This document shows positions 50,911-61,910 of a stretch of DNA of 64,000 nucleotides, in pieces. Positions within the stretch are counted from its first letter, which is position 1. Each line of letters starts with the position of its first letter. Under the pieces are notes generated by a model. That model did no database searches, had not been told where the DNA came from, and saw only the letters and a list, made by a program, of their open reading frames with translations. Position numbers and translations under genes: made by a program. The DNA is from Nitrospirota bacterium (GTDB taxonomy: Bacteria > Nitrospirota > JACRHJ01). Where the stretch lies: assembly GCA_963845245.1 (NCBI GenBank), contig CAWJRJ010000012.1:32001-96000 (forward strand), written 5' to 3'.

Positions 50911-52290
50911 CTATACTCCCCCCATCACCTTGTCTGCCACCGCATAGGCTTCACGCACGCAGTCGTTGAGCCCGACGCCCCGGAATGCGTTCCCGGCAAA
51001 GAACAACCCCGGATTTTTCTTTTCGATCTTGTCCAGCCACTCAAGCCTTACGGAATGTCCGATGGTATACATCGGGATGGCCTTCTCGTGCCGGAATACC
51101 TTCACAAGCTCAGGGTTCCCCTTGATGCCCATGATGAGCCGAAGCTCGGATACGACGGCGTCAGTGAGTTCATCGTCCGGCAGGAACGGCGTCTTCAGGT
51201 CCCTGCCTCCGCCCGTCATGCTCCGTAGCGAACATTTCCCCTCGGGCGCGCGGCCGTTGAACACGCTCGAATCCCAGAGCGTCCCGATGAGCTTCCTGTT
51301 CTCTTTCATCCCGACAAGGAAGCCGAAGCCGTTCAGGTCATGGCCGATTCCAGCATAATCGAACCCGAGCCCGATGACGGACATAGGCGCGTACTGTATA
51401 TGGTTGAGGATTTCCGTTATCGATGGGTCGACCGGCGCGAGGAATTCCGCAGCGGCATATGCGGGTGAGGCGGTGACGAATATGTCGGCCTCGATGACCT
51501 CGTTGCCAGCTGATATCTGGAACTTCCCGCCGGAAATTTTTACACTCTTGACGGGCGAACTCAATAGCAGCCTGCCTTTGAACGCGCTTCGAAGCGCCTC
51601 TGTCAGGACGTCCAGCCCGCCCTCAAAAGAGGTAAGCACGCCGCCGGGCCCTGCAGGGCCCGCGTTGTCCTTGATGCCCTGTTTTTTCTTCTCGGCCCTC
51701 TTCGCAAGCAGCCCCTTAAAGAGCCCGCCGTAGGTCTGCTCAAGGCTGTATATGGCGGGGAAGCAGGACTTGAGGCTCATGGTCTCCGGGTCGCCGCCGA
51801 ATACGCCGGATGCCATCGGGCCGATGAGACGCTCAAGTGCCTGCGGGCCAAGCCTGCGGCGCGCGAAGTCGGCTAGCGTCTCATCCGAGGGGTCGGTGCG
51901 CTTTGGCACGAAATACTCCCCCAGAAGCCTGAACTTCGAGGGCCACGAAAGCAGGTTTCCCATGATGAGCTTGGGAGGGCTTATGTCGTGGAGGCTGCCT
52001 CCCGCGTAGATGAACCGCCTGCGGGCCGCGTCGTTGCTTGGGAGGAGTTTTTTGTCTATGCCGAGTTTCCTGCATAACTCGAGGGTGTCCGGCTTGTTGT
52101 TCAGGAAGCCGTTCGGGCCCCATTCCATGACATAGCCGTCTTCCCTGTGCGTGCGCACCTTGCCGCCCGCGCGTGCCTCGGACTCGAGCAGGATCAACTC
52201 GGCCTGCTTGCCAGTCGCCTCAAGCTTCTCCTGAAGCGCATGGCACAGCGAAAGGCCGCTAAGCCCCGCCCCGGCAACAACTATCCTCAT
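50911..52290 (-). CDS. hemG: Protoporphyrinogen/coproporphyrinogen oxidase (HemY-type flavoprotein)
   Basis: GAGLSGL, EWGPNGF, GFGFLV, AIPMY.IGH, GVGLNDC. Confidence 0.93.
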   Translation of the reverse strand: MRIVVAGAGLSGLSLCHALQEKLEATGKQAELILLESEARAGGKVRTHREDGYVMEWGPNGFLNNKPDTLELCRKLGIDKKLLPSNDAARRRFIYAGGSLHDISPPKLIMGNLLSWPSKFRLLGEYFVPKRTDPSDETLADFARRRLGPQALERLIGPMASGVFGGDPETMSLKSCFPAIYSLEQTYGGLFKGLLAKRAEKKKQGIKDNAGPAGPGGVLTSFEGGLDVLTEALRSAFKGRLLLSSPVKSVKISGGKFQISAGNEVIEADIFVTASPAYAAAEFLAPVDPSITEILNHIQYAPMSVIGLGFDYAGIGHDLNGFGFLVGMKENRKLIGTLWDSSVFNGRAPEGKCSLRSMTGGGRDLKTPFLPDDELTDAVVSELRLIMGIKGNPELVKVFRHEKAIPMYTIGHSVRLEWLDKIEKKNPGLFFAGNAFRGVGLNDCVREAYAVADKVMGGV

Positions 52291-52400
52291 GTATTATCCT
52301 CCGGCCAGTTCGCTAAAATTTCCTTTGGGTATTGATAAATAATGCGCTAATATTACGTTATAGAGTTTTTCAAGTCAAAGCATTTTAATCGGAGGAAGCG

Positions 52401-52959
52401 TTGAAGATACTGGCGGTACTGGGGAGCGCACGGAGAAACGGGAACACTGAGACACTCATCAAGGAGGCGCTCAGGGGCGCGGGTGAGGGGCATGATGTGA
52501 CATTCCGCGTGCTCTCCGAGTTAAATATATTCGGCTGCCAGGGCTGCAGGGGCTGCAGGCTGAAGGACTCCGAGGGCTGCATATTCCATGACGCGATGCA
52601 GGACCTATACTGCCGACATGAAGGAGGCCGATGCGATAGTGCTTGGCTCCCCCATATTTTACGGTGAGGTCACAGGCCAGATGAAGTCGTTCATGGACCG
52701 CTGGTACGCGCTACGCGACCACGACAAAAAACTCAGGATACCATCCGGCAAGCGGGTGCTTTTTATAGTCGTCCAGGGGGCGGACGACCCGCACAGGTAC
52801 GCCAGGACGGTCGAGAGGCTGGAGAAGGTCCTTAAAAGTTATGAGATGGAGCCGCGCATGCTCGTGGCGGCAGGCCTTGAAAAAAAGAACGAGGCTTCAA
52901 ACTCCCCTGAGCTGATGGAAAGCGTCTTCAAGGCAGGCAGCGAACTGGTCGCCAATTAG
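52401..52959 (+). CDS. Flavodoxin family / iron-sulfur flavoprotein, +1 frameshift near 52611
   Basis: GSARRNGNT, CQGCRGC, GSPIFYG..TGQMKSFMDR. Confidence 0.88.
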
Positions 52960-53040
52960 CAGAAAACCCGTCCACAATTTCCCCTTCCTGATATACTTAA
53001 AGTAGGTAACATATATAGCTTTTATCCAGGAGGTGCGGCC

Positions 53041-55465
53041 ATGTCCGGATACAGGAAACTACAACCGGAAGAACTCGCCTGGCGCCTTGACGAGACCAGG
53101 TTCAATTTCCATTCCACAGCAGAACTAACACCGGAGCACGGGACGATCGGCCAGGAGCGCGCACGGCGTGCCCTCGACTTCGGGCTTGGCATAAAGAGTT
53201 TCGGTTACAATATCTTCGTGCTGGGCCAGAGCGGGACCGGCAAACTGTTCACGGTCAGGCGCGTGCTTGATGAAAAGTCAAAGGAAGGCCCTGTCCCCTC
53301 AGACTGGCTCTATCTGATGAATTTCGGGAACCCCGACAAGCCGAGGACTGTAAGCCTGCCGCGCGGGAAGGGCTCAGAGCTTGCCTCGGATATGGACCGG
53401 CTGGTCGAACAGCTGAAAAAGGCCATCCCCAAGGCCTTCGAGGGTGAGGAGTTCGAGAAGAAGAGGGAAGACCTCCTGACCGAACATAATATCCAAAGCT
53501 CCCGCATAATAGAGGAACTTGACGAAGAATCAAAGAAACGGGGCTTCTCGCTCGAGAAGTCGCCCAGGGGGCTTGGGCTGGTGCCAAGGAAAAAAGACGG
53601 CACGCTGATGTCGCAGGAAGAGTTCGCGGAACAGACTCCGGAGGAGAGGCAGAGGATAGAGGCGGTCGGCAGCGAGCTACAGGACCTGCTGTCGGACGCC
53701 ATGCGTAAGGTAAGGGAACAGGAGAAGCTGTTCCAGGAAAAGATAAACCAGGCAAACCGCGAGTTCGGGATGTTCGCCGTCGGGCACTTCATAGACGAAC
53801 TGGAAGAAAAGTACAATGAGTTCCCTAATCTGAGCGCGTATTTTGAAGAGGTACGGGAAGACATACTTAACAACCTGGACGACTTCAAGCAGCAGGGTGC
53901 GGCACCGCAGATGCCGTTTATGATGCAGAAACAGGAGCCGTCATTCGAGAGGTACAGGGTGAACCTGCTGGTGGACAATTCCGCCACCTCCGGCGCACCT
54001 GTGGTATATGAGCCGAACCCCACCTTCGCCAACCTGTTTGGAAGGATTGAACAGAAGTTCCAGTACGGTGTGGCGACGACCGACTTCAACCTGATAAAAT
54101 CCGGCGCCTTCCATAAGGCAAACGGAGGGTTCCTGGTCATAGATGTCATGGACCTCGTCAGGAACCCGTTCTCCTATGAGGGCCTGAAGCGCGTACTGAA
54201 GAACAAGGTAGTGGCGATGGAGGATGCTCTTGAGCAGTACCGCATGATGCCGCTTTATACCCTCAAGCCCGAGCCGATCCCTCTGGACGTCAAAGTGGTG
54301 CTTATAGGCCCGCCCAATGTCTATTACATCCTGAATTCGCTCGACGAAGAGTTCGCCAGGCTGTTCAAGGTGCATGTGGACTTTGACAGCAGGCACGAAC
54401 GCAACGTCGACATCGTGGACGCATATGCCGGGTTCATCGCCGAACACAGCCGCAAGGAGGGCTTGAAGGATTTCGCGCCGTCCGGTGTGGCGAGGGTGGT
54501 GGAACACTCCGCAAGGTCCGTTTCCGACAAGGAGAAGCTTACGCTCAAGTTCCAGGAGGTGCTCGACCTCGTGCGCGAATCCTCGTACTGGGCGGGCATG
54601 GCGGGGGCGGGTCTCGTCGAACGCGAGCATGTCAACAGGGCGATAGGCGAGAGCATTTTCCGTTCCAACATGCTGGAGGAGAAGATAAGGCAGGCGATCG
54701 ACGAAGGGATAATAATGGTGGATGTAAAGGGGGAGGTTGCCGGACAGGTGAACGGGCTGTCCGTGCTTTCCCTGGGCGATTACTCGTTCGGCAGGCCGAG
54801 CAGGATAACGGCCAGTACGTTTATGGGACGCGGCGGGATGGTGAACATCGAGCGCGAGGTGAAGATGTCCGGCCCGATACACGACAAGGGCGTGATGATA
54901 CTGTACCGGGTTCCTGGGGCAGAGGTTTGCAAACGACAAGCCCCTGACGCTTTCGGCGTCCATTGCCTTCGAGCAGTCATATGAGGGGATCGAGGGCGAC
55001 TCCGCCTCCTCGACCGAGCTGTACGCGCTTCTTTCGTCCCTCTCTGGCGTACCGATCAAACAGGGCATAGCCGTGACGGGCTCTGTAAACCAGCGCGGCG
55101 AGGTGCAGCCGATCGGCGGCGTCAACGAGAAGATAGAAGGTTATTTCGAGGTATGCAAGGTCCTGGGCTTCACTGGAGAGCAGGGCGTGATAATCCCGGA
55201 GTCTAACGTGCGCCACCTGATGCTGAAGGACGAAGTCGTGAACGCAGTCAGGGACGGCAGCTTCCATGTCTGGGCCGTGAAGACGGTGGACGAAGGGATC
55301 GAGGCGCTTACCGGTATGCCTGCCGGCGAACAGCAGGAAGACGGTAAATTCCCTGCCGGTACGCTCAACTACCTCGTGGACGAGAGGCTCAGGAAGATGG
55401 CGCAGGGCCTGAAGGATTTCGGGGCTCCGGAAGAGAAGCCGGGGAGCGAGAAGAAGGCCGCGTAA
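53041..55465 (+). CDS. Lon-family (S16) protease with AAA-like and coiled-coil N-terminal region, +1 frameshift near 54904
   Basis: IGQERA, GQSGTGK, GQVNGLSV, FEQSY..IEGDSAS (restored frame), GGVNEKIEG. Confidence 0.9.
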
Positions 55466-55605
55466 CAGGATAATTTCCACATTCGATGCCGGCTGCGCAA
55501 GCGGTAGAGATTGCCACTGCGCAAGCCGGTTTTCTCTTTCCGCTTGATAATATGTGAAAATTGTAGTATTCTAAAAAAGATTAGTAACCGCGTATATGTA
55601 AAAGA

Positions 55606-56349
55606 ATGGCAATTCAAAACCTAAAGGTAGACTTCCACCTTCACACGAAGGAAGACCCCCACGACTTCATATCCTACGACTCGTACAAGCTGGTAGACAT
55701 ACTCTCCGAAAAAGGCTACGACGCCATCGCCGTAACCAACCACAACCGCTTCACATATTCTGACCATCTTAGGGATTACGCAAAAGAGAGGGGTATAATA
55801 CTCTTCAGGAGTGTCGAGCGCACCGTACGGAAGAGGCATGTGCTCCTGATTAACTTCAAAGGCGAACTCGGTGACTACAGGAGCCTGGCGGACATCGCAA
55901 AGGCCAAGAGGCCTAACAACCTGGTCATAGCCGCGCACCCCTACTTCCCCATGCCCACCGCGTCCGGCATAATGCTGGACCGCCACCCGGACGTGTTCGA
56001 CGCACTGGAGTACTGCCACTACTACGTCAGGAACATAAACTTCAACAAATGGGCGGTTTCGCGGGCGTACGAGCTGGACAAGCCGCTCGTGGGCAACTCC
56101 GACGCGCACACCAAAAGGCAGATGGGCCGCACCTATTCGATAGTGAGGGCCGAAAAGGACCCGGAGGCCATAATACAGGCGATCAAGGAGGGTAACGTCG
56201 AGGTGGTCACGAAGCCGTTCAGGGCCACCCAACTCATCCACATCTCTTCTTCTATCTCGTACAGGAATATCAAGGGAAGGCTGATGTGCCTGATCAAGCA
56301 CGGGAAGTACGGATACCGGGGCGCGGAGGTGGAACATCCGGTAAGGTAG
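55606..56349 (+). CDS. PHP domain metal-dependent phosphoesterase
   Basis: DFHLHT, AVTNHN, AHPY, NSDAH. Confidence 0.9.
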   Translation: MAIQNLKVDFHLHTKEDPHDFISYDSYKLVDILSEKGYDAIAVTNHNRFTYSDHLRDYAKERGIILFRSVERTVRKRHVLLINFKGELGDYRSLADIAKAKRPNNLVIAAHPYFPMPTASGIMLDRHPDVFDALEYCHYYVRNINFNKWAVSRAYELDKPLVGNSDAHTKRQMGRTYSIVRAEKDPEAIIQAIKEGNVEVVTKPFRATQLIHISSSISYRNIKGRLMCLIKHGKYGYRGAEVEHPVR

Positions 56350-56447
56350 CAGTTACCCCTTTCGAGAAACAATCCCCCCTCTTGTTTACTCGGCAAGGAA
56401 AGACCTATTAAAGAAATAAGCTGAACAAGCAGTAAAGGTTTAAATCA

Positions 56448-56827
56448 ATGAGAGTTTATTTGTCGCTTCTGATGTTTTCAGCGACGCTGTTTTCCTCCCC
56501 CATGGTCTTTGCGTCAGACCTGCTCACCCTCCCAGCATATTGCATAAAAGAACCAGACCCAGGCCTTTACCTCCGGTTCAGGGATGACGGGTCGCTGTCT
56601 GCGCAGCTTAGGTTCTCCGGCGTGGACAAGGCGAAAGACGCCGAAGATGGGCGGAATGCGGCAGGGACGGGCAAGTTCAGATTTTTTCTCAGCCCGGAAT
56701 TCGGGACCAAGCAAAACCTATGAGTACGAATACCGCCGCCGGGATGCCGGCCATGGATAACGTCACCGGTTCACGGCTAGGCTCGAACTACGGCATGCAG
56801 TGCGGGTTCAGCTGGAAGTTTAAATAG
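56448..56827 (+). CDS. Small exported hypothetical protein, probably frameshifted (the ORF as given stops at 56723)
   Basis: Signal peptide; another frame continues ...NYGMQCGFSWKFK* to 56827. Confidence 0.4.
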
Positions 56828-57013
56828 GAACGGGGATATTCCGGTCATTCATTACAGTCAGGGTAGCTTCAAGGTCTCTTCCGCATTCTTCAGCGCATTT
56901 TCAGGCGTTTCTCCGCCGGTTATAATTCCGGGGAAGTCCGAGAACCGCACCGCGAAGTAGTCGCCGTCTTCGGACGGGATTATTTTAAATTCGTAATTAT
57001 ATTTTTCTTTCAT
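56820..57013 (-). pseudogene. HicB-family antitoxin-like small gene with a frameshift (absent from the ORF track)
   Basis: MKEKYNYEFKIIPSEDGDYFAVRFSDFPGIITGGETPENALKNAEE, then a shifted frame LEATLTVMNDRNIPVPI*. Confidence 0.75.
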
Positions 57014-57947
57014 AACCGCTCTGTTTAATTCGCAATTTCTTTTTAACTAACTTATCCCAATTCGCACTCTTATATGGCAACTTAAACGAGTTGGTTGCTC
57101 CGTCTCCCATGAATTCAACGACAACTTGAAAATTAAGGGGGCATCGGAAAAACTTTTCGCCTACTGTTAACAAAATATCTTCATCTATAACTTTTACAGT
57201 ATGAGCAGGCATCCATAGTTCATTAGGGAAACAATAGTTGGTAAATTTTTCAATCAAACTTGCATTTGAAATCGCTATATCGTAGGGTTTTACTTCTTCT
57301 GGCGTAAAACCATCTGGAGCCATTCTTGAAATGAATTTTTCCAATTCAGATATTACTTTAAATGCTTGAACAAAATGGTAGCGAATATCCCAAGCTAATG
57401 AAATAGCTGTGTCCCCGTCGTTATGCAAGAAAGGATGTGGCCCAACTGAACCATCTGCGTATGCTGTCTCTACAAAATATCCGGGGACAAAAACCGTCTC
57501 TGTATGAATCCAAACAGGGCGCATTCTGCCTTGATCATGCTTTATGCAATTGACAAGCGCAGCAATGTGCTGACGATAGATATCAATTTTTTCTTTAAAC
57601 TTCTTGCTAGATTTTTCACCGGATTTGTATATTGATGGATCAAAGACAATGTGGGCTATCGTTCTGCAATCTTCGATAAACTCAAATTGTGCATACATGA
57701 AATGCTCGTACACGTTCAATATGTTTTTTAGACTTGGGAGAGCATTCGCAGAGATTGATTGCTGATTTAAAATAGATAATTCATTTAAGACCACCGCTTG
57801 CATTTGAAACATTTTAGCAATCGATGTGTTAAATAAACCAATTGGATGACGACGAACCTTATCGCCTGGATTAAAAAAGTGGTTTGGTAAAGTTGATATT
57901 ATATGAGGTAGAACTGGAGCGCCATTTTTAATTGTTAAATTAGTCAT
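56997..57947 (-). CDS. Low-GC hypothetical protein (possible HEPN-like domain)
   Basis: 316-aa AT-rich ORF with a helical-looking core containing LVNCIKH. Confidence 0.7.
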   Translation of the reverse strand: MTNLTIKNGAPVLPHIISTLPNHFFNPGDKVRRHPIGLFNTSIAKMFQMQAVVLNELSILNQQSISANALPSLKNILNVYEHFMYAQFEFIEDCRTIAHIVFDPSIYKSGEKSSKKFKEKIDIYRQHIAALVNCIKHDQGRMRPVWIHTETVFVPGYFVETAYADGSVGPHPFLHNDGDTAISLAWDIRYHFVQAFKVISELEKFISRMAPDGFTPEEVKPYDIAISNASLIEKFTNYCFPNELWMPAHTVKVIDEDILLTVGEKFFRCPLNFQVVVEFMGDGATNSFKLPYKSANWDKLVKKKLRIKQSGYERKI

Positions 57948-57950
57948 TTA

Positions 57951-58184
57951 TCAAATTATCAACGCGGCTACTGAAATATCTTCGTCTATCTCTTCCCAAT
58001 GTATGCCGACACCATTGCCAATCAGCCGCCACTTCTTGCGCTGCTTTTCCTTCGCCTCGCGGAGTTTCGGGAACCATTCGAGTGGCACGCTAATTTCGCG
58101 ACCATCCAATAGCCGCACGTGCATCATGTACCGGTCGAACAATACATCTGAGGCCAGAGGATCGGATGTCAGGATGTGTTTCAT
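57951..58184 (-). CDS. DUF2442 family antitoxin-like protein
   Basis: VRLLDGREISVPLEWFPKL...GIHWEEIDEDISV. Confidence 0.85.
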   Translation of the reverse strand: MKHILTSDPLASDVLFDRYMMHVRLLDGREISVPLEWFPKLREAKEKQRKKWRLIGNGVGIHWEEIDEDISVAALII

Positions 58185-58190
58185 TGAAAC

Positions 58191-58253
58191 CAGATTCATC
58201 GCTACGCTCAGAATGACAACAAGCCACTGGATTCCCGCTTTCGCGGGAATGAC
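58191..58253. repeat. Two adjacent REP-like palindromes
   Basis: agattcatcgctacgctcagaatgac and ggattcccgctttcgcgggaatgac. Confidence 0.7.
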
Positions 58254-58273
58254 ATACTTCGGGCGGCGATATC

Positions 58274-59659
58274 CTACCCCAGCCTCGCCTTCAGCTTCAG
58301 ATACGGCCCGCCGTCGGTAACCTTCACCCACTCCTTGTGCCCCTTGCCGCAGTAGCCGAGCCCAAAGATCGTTGACTCGTCGCCGACCATGCTGATGGAA
58401 TCGAGCATGTCCGGCAGGTAGCCGGTGACGATTACCGGAGTGAAGACGTTTCCGGTGAGCTTCCCGCCCTTTATCTCCTCTGCAAGGTAGCCCTCAAGCT
58501 GGATGCCCCAGCCCTTGGGGTCCTCCATCCCGTTGCTCGGGTGCGTGAGCAGGAAGCCCGAGTCTATGCTTGCCAGCATGTCCTCGTATTTGTCCTTGCC
58601 AGCGCCGAAGAACGTGTTGGTCATGCGCGCGTAGGCCTTTCGCTCGTAGGACTCGCGCCTGCCGTTTGCCGTGCGCTTCATCCCCAGCCTCGTGGCGGAG
58701 TTGAGGTCCGTGATGCCCGAGACCAGAACCCCGTCCTTGATTATCTGCGTGCGTGACGCGAGCTGGCCCTCGTGGTCGAAGAAGAAGCTTGCCGCCACGC
58801 CTTCCTCCACCGGGGAGTCGTACATGTTGACAAGCTCGGAGCCTACGCGCTTATTCATGAACTCAGCCGCCCGCGAGCGTCCTTTCAGGAACATGTCCGT
58901 CTCGGTGCCGTGGCCGAAGCACTCGTGCGCAGTGATGCCCGCGAACTCTGGAGACATGATGCAGTCGTAATAGCCGGGAGTCAGCCTTGGCGCGCCCAGT
59001 ATCCTGCCGCAGTCGTGGACGAGGTTCGAAAACTTCTCGGCCGCGATGGTGGAGTTCTCGTACCCGCCCTGGTTTGAGTTGCCCTCGTGAAGCTGGGCGG
59101 TGTCGTCGCCTTCGCGCATTACCGCCTGGATTATTGCCTGTCCGCGCTTCAAGTCCTGGAACAGGGTCTTGTTGCGGTTGACGTAGAGTTCGCGGCTGCG
59201 GGTGAAGGCGTACATCGAGACGGCGTTCACGATACGCTTGTCCATCGCCTGAAGCTTGTCTCGGAACACCGTGCAGCGGTTCACCTTGTCTGCAAGGGAT
59301 ACGGAGGCGTTCGGTATTACCTCCTGCACCACGAAGTCCTTCTCAAGCGCCTCGCCGGGGTCAACAGACAGCCCGCCTCCGATGCCCTCGATCTCCGCCA
59401 TCTTCACGAGCGATTTCGCAGCCTTAGATAGCGAGTCGGCCGAGAGGTCGCCTGTGGAGTATTCCAGGAACCGGTTGCCGGTGAATACGGTGAATACGAC
59501 GCCCTTTGAGGGGTCGAGCGGTTCGACGCGCGACTCCCTGGACATTACCACGACGCGTTCACCCAGTGTCTCCATGGCGAGCGCGGACGCGTACGGGACG
59601 GTCTTCTCCATCTCGCCGACGAGGTTTTTCAAAAGTCCTTTTAAGTTGTAGATATCCAT
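58274..59659 (-). CDS. tldD: TldD family metalloprotease
   Basis: AHECFGHG (HExxxH), NGRRESY, RMTNT, CGK...VTDGGP. Confidence 0.9.
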   Translation of the reverse strand: MDIYNLKGLLKNLVGEMEKTVPYASALAMETLGERVVVMSRESRVEPLDPSKGVVFTVFTGNRFLEYSTGDLSADSLSKAAKSLVKMAEIEGIGGGLSVDPGEALEKDFVVQEVIPNASVSLADKVNRCTVFRDKLQAMDKRIVNAVSMYAFTRSRELYVNRNKTLFQDLKRGQAIIQAVMREGDDTAQLHEGNSNQGGYENSTIAAEKFSNLVHDCGRILGAPRLTPGYYDCIMSPEFAGITAHECFGHGTETDMFLKGRSRAAEFMNKRVGSELVNMYDSPVEEGVAASFFFDHEGQLASRTQIIKDGVLVSGITDLNSATRLGMKRTANGRRESYERKAYARMTNTFFGAGKDKYEDMLASIDSGFLLTHPSNGMEDPKGWGIQLEGYLAEEIKGGKLTGNVFTPVIVTGYLPDMLDSISMVGDESTIFGLGYCGKGHKEWVKVTDGGPYLKLKARLG

Positions 59660-59786
59660 AGGACATAATTATGTTTATTATTGGCCGCGTTGTCAAGGCA
59701 TATCGCAGGTGATATAATGATAAGGTAAGAGCGGTGGAAAGCCAGTTTTAAGACGTTAACGTCGTATTTTCAGGAGGTTGAATAAT

Positions 59787-60323
59787 ATGAAAGCGTTGAT
59801 GATAACTGCGAACGATTTTGAGGATATGGAAGTATTCTACCCCTTCTACCGGCTCAAAGAACAGGGCTGGGATGTGACCGTTACGGCCCCCCAGATGTCT
59901 ACGGTGGTCGGCAAGCATGGATACCAGATGCCGGTGGACGATGTGTTCTCGGAGGTCAACCCCGAGGAGTACGACCTCCTCCTGATTCCGGGCGGGAAGG
60001 CACCCGAGGTGGTGCGCCTGAGCAAGGATGCGATCAAGATCGTCGACCACTTCTTCAACAAAAACAAACCGGTCGCATCTATTTGCCACGGGGTGCAGGT
60101 ACTGATCTCAGCCGGCAAGTCGAAAGGCCGGAAGGCCACATGCTGGAAAGGCGTAAAGGACGACCTGATTGCCGCGGGAGGCAAATATATCGATACCGAG
60201 GTTGTGGTGGACGGGAACCTTGTCTCGTCCAGGATGCCGGACGACCTGCCTGCCTTTATGAGAGAGGTCTTCAGGGTCACATCCGAGATGGCGAAGACTG
60301 GCGGCAAGAAAAAGGCCGCCTAA
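59787..60323 (+). CDS. pfpI: PfpI/DJ-1 family peptidase/deglycase
   Basis: FEDME, IPGG, ICHG, VVVDGNLVSSR.PDDLPAF. Confidence 0.92.
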   Translation: MKALMITANDFEDMEVFYPFYRLKEQGWDVTVTAPQMSTVVGKHGYQMPVDDVFSEVNPEEYDLLLIPGGKAPEVVRLSKDAIKIVDHFFNKNKPVASICHGVQVLISAGKSKGRKATCWKGVKDDLIAAGGKYIDTEVVVDGNLVSSRMPDDLPAFMREVFRVTSEMAKTGGKKKAA

Positions 60324-60331
60324 AACCGAAG

Positions 60332-60359
60332 GGCGGAGGAAGAAGCCTCCGCCTTTTTT
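60332..60359 (+). terminator. Intrinsic terminator
   Basis: ggcggagg-aagaag-cctccgcc-tttttt. Confidence 0.8.
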
Positions 60360-60367
60360 GTGAGACT

Positions 60368-61759
60368 ATGGGAAAATACAACTGGAAACCTGAAAAGGCT
60401 GGCGGCGCCTTGGGCGCACTGGCGCTTGTGCTTTTCGGCCTGATCGTTTTTTTCGTGTCATCCTCCCTGAACCGCGGTGGGCGAGGGGATGGAGATTCCA
60501 GAGAAGGGGCTGTGCCCGCGGATTTCAGCTATGCGGTCGAGAAAGTATTGCCCTCCCTGGTAAAAATCGAGAACGAGGGCCTTGGCGGTCATCCTGATAT
60601 CGGTGGGAGCGGCAAGCAGGTGGAAATCGCCCGTACGAGTGAGGGAAGTGGTTTCTTCATAGACAGTGAGGGGCGCATCCTCACCAATTACCATGTAGTC
60701 GAGGGCGCTCAGACGATAACTGTCATCACGAGAGAAAAAAAACGTTACAATGCCGAGCTTATAGGCGCGGATATCCTCACCGATATAGCTCTATTGAAGA
60801 TTAAACCCGATTTTGACGTTACGCCGGTATCCATGGGGGACTCAAGCCGCCTTAAGGTGGGCCAGTGGGTTATTGCGATAGGAAACCCGCTGGGGCTTGA
60901 TTTTTTCACCAGCGCGGGGATAGTTTCCGGGTTTGGGCCTCCAGGGCCGAATTATATAGGGTTTTATGACTTCATACAGGCCGACCTGAACATCGAGCCG
61001 GGCAATTCCGGCGGTCCGCTGCTGAATTCCGAAGGGCAGGTGGTCGGGATAAACAACGCCTATCTCGGGCCGGGGACGAACATAGGTTTTTCCATCCCGA
61101 TAAACAGGGCAAAAGAGGTCGTCGACCAGCTCCTGGAAAAGGGCAGCATATCAAGGGGGTTTCTGGGGGTGCTCGGGCAGCCTTTGACCCAGGGCCTTGC
61201 GGACAGGCTGGGCCTGAAAGAAGTGAAGGGCGCAATGGTCACGGAGGTGCTTGACGGAAGCCCCGCACAACTGGGCGGGATAAGAAAACAGGACGTAATC
61301 ATCGAGTTCAACGGCCAGCCGGTCGATAACGACCGTGAGCTTCAGGCAAAGGTATACGAGACCCCGGCCAATACGAGGGTGAACTTCCATGTGGTCAGGG
61401 ACGGCAAAAAGAAGGTCATGCCAGTTACGCTAGGCGAGCTTAAAGAGCACTCCATCATATCCGAGCAGGCCGTAAGGCAGTGCGGGATAAGTTTTGCAAG
61501 GATGACGGACGCGCTAGCCCAAAGGCTCGGCCTGAACGATTCGAACGGGCTTCTCGTCCTGAGGGTCATACCCGGCTGCCCGGCATTCGAGGGCGGCTTG
61601 CGGTTCGGGGACGTCCTTCTGGAAGTGGAAGGCAACAAGGTGTACAACGAGGCCGATTTCTACCGGTTATATTCAAGGCTTACACCCGGAAAACAGATGA
61701 TGCTCAAGGTTTTCAGGGATGGAAGGCCTATCTATCTGACCATCAAACAGGGCGAATGA
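60368..61759 (+). CDS. HtrA/DegP family serine protease with two PDZ domains
   Basis: N-terminal TM, GSGF, TNYHV, DIALLKI, GNSGGPL and two PDZ domains. Confidence 0.93.
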   Translation: MGKYNWKPEKAGGALGALALVLFGLIVFFVSSSLNRGGRGDGDSREGAVPADFSYAVEKVLPSLVKIENEGLGGHPDIGGSGKQVEIARTSEGSGFFIDSEGRILTNYHVVEGAQTITVITREKKRYNAELIGADILTDIALLKIKPDFDVTPVSMGDSSRLKVGQWVIAIGNPLGLDFFTSAGIVSGFGPPGPNYIGFYDFIQADLNIEPGNSGGPLLNSEGQVVGINNAYLGPGTNIGFSIPINRAKEVVDQLLEKGSISRGFLGVLGQPLTQGLADRLGLKEVKGAMVTEVLDGSPAQLGGIRKQDVIIEFNGQPVDNDRELQAKVYETPANTRVNFHVVRDGKKKVMPVTLGELKEHSIISEQAVRQCGISFARMTDALAQRLGLNDSNGLLVLRVIPGCPAFEGGLRFGDVLLEVEGNKVYNEADFYRLYSRLTPGKQMMLKVFRDGRPIYLTIKQGE

Positions 61760-61910
61760 GCCCGGTTGTCACCACGGCATACCCACCAGCCCGATATATT
61801 CCCGGTTTTTCAGACAGTTGGGGCAGATTTAATTTAGTTGATTTTGGGTCTTATATATTATACATTAATGACTTGCAGTTTCTTCGTTTTGTATTGAATG
61901 GAGGTCTTTG

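Noticed and set aside
58185..58331. N-terminal extension of the DUF2442 ORF (VIPAKAGIQ, VILSVAMNL)
   Set aside because: It is a translation of REP-like palindromes and the tldD 3' end.
60083..60367. Long N-terminal extension of the HtrA ORF
   Set aside because: It overlaps pfpI out of frame and crosses its terminator; the likely start is 60368.
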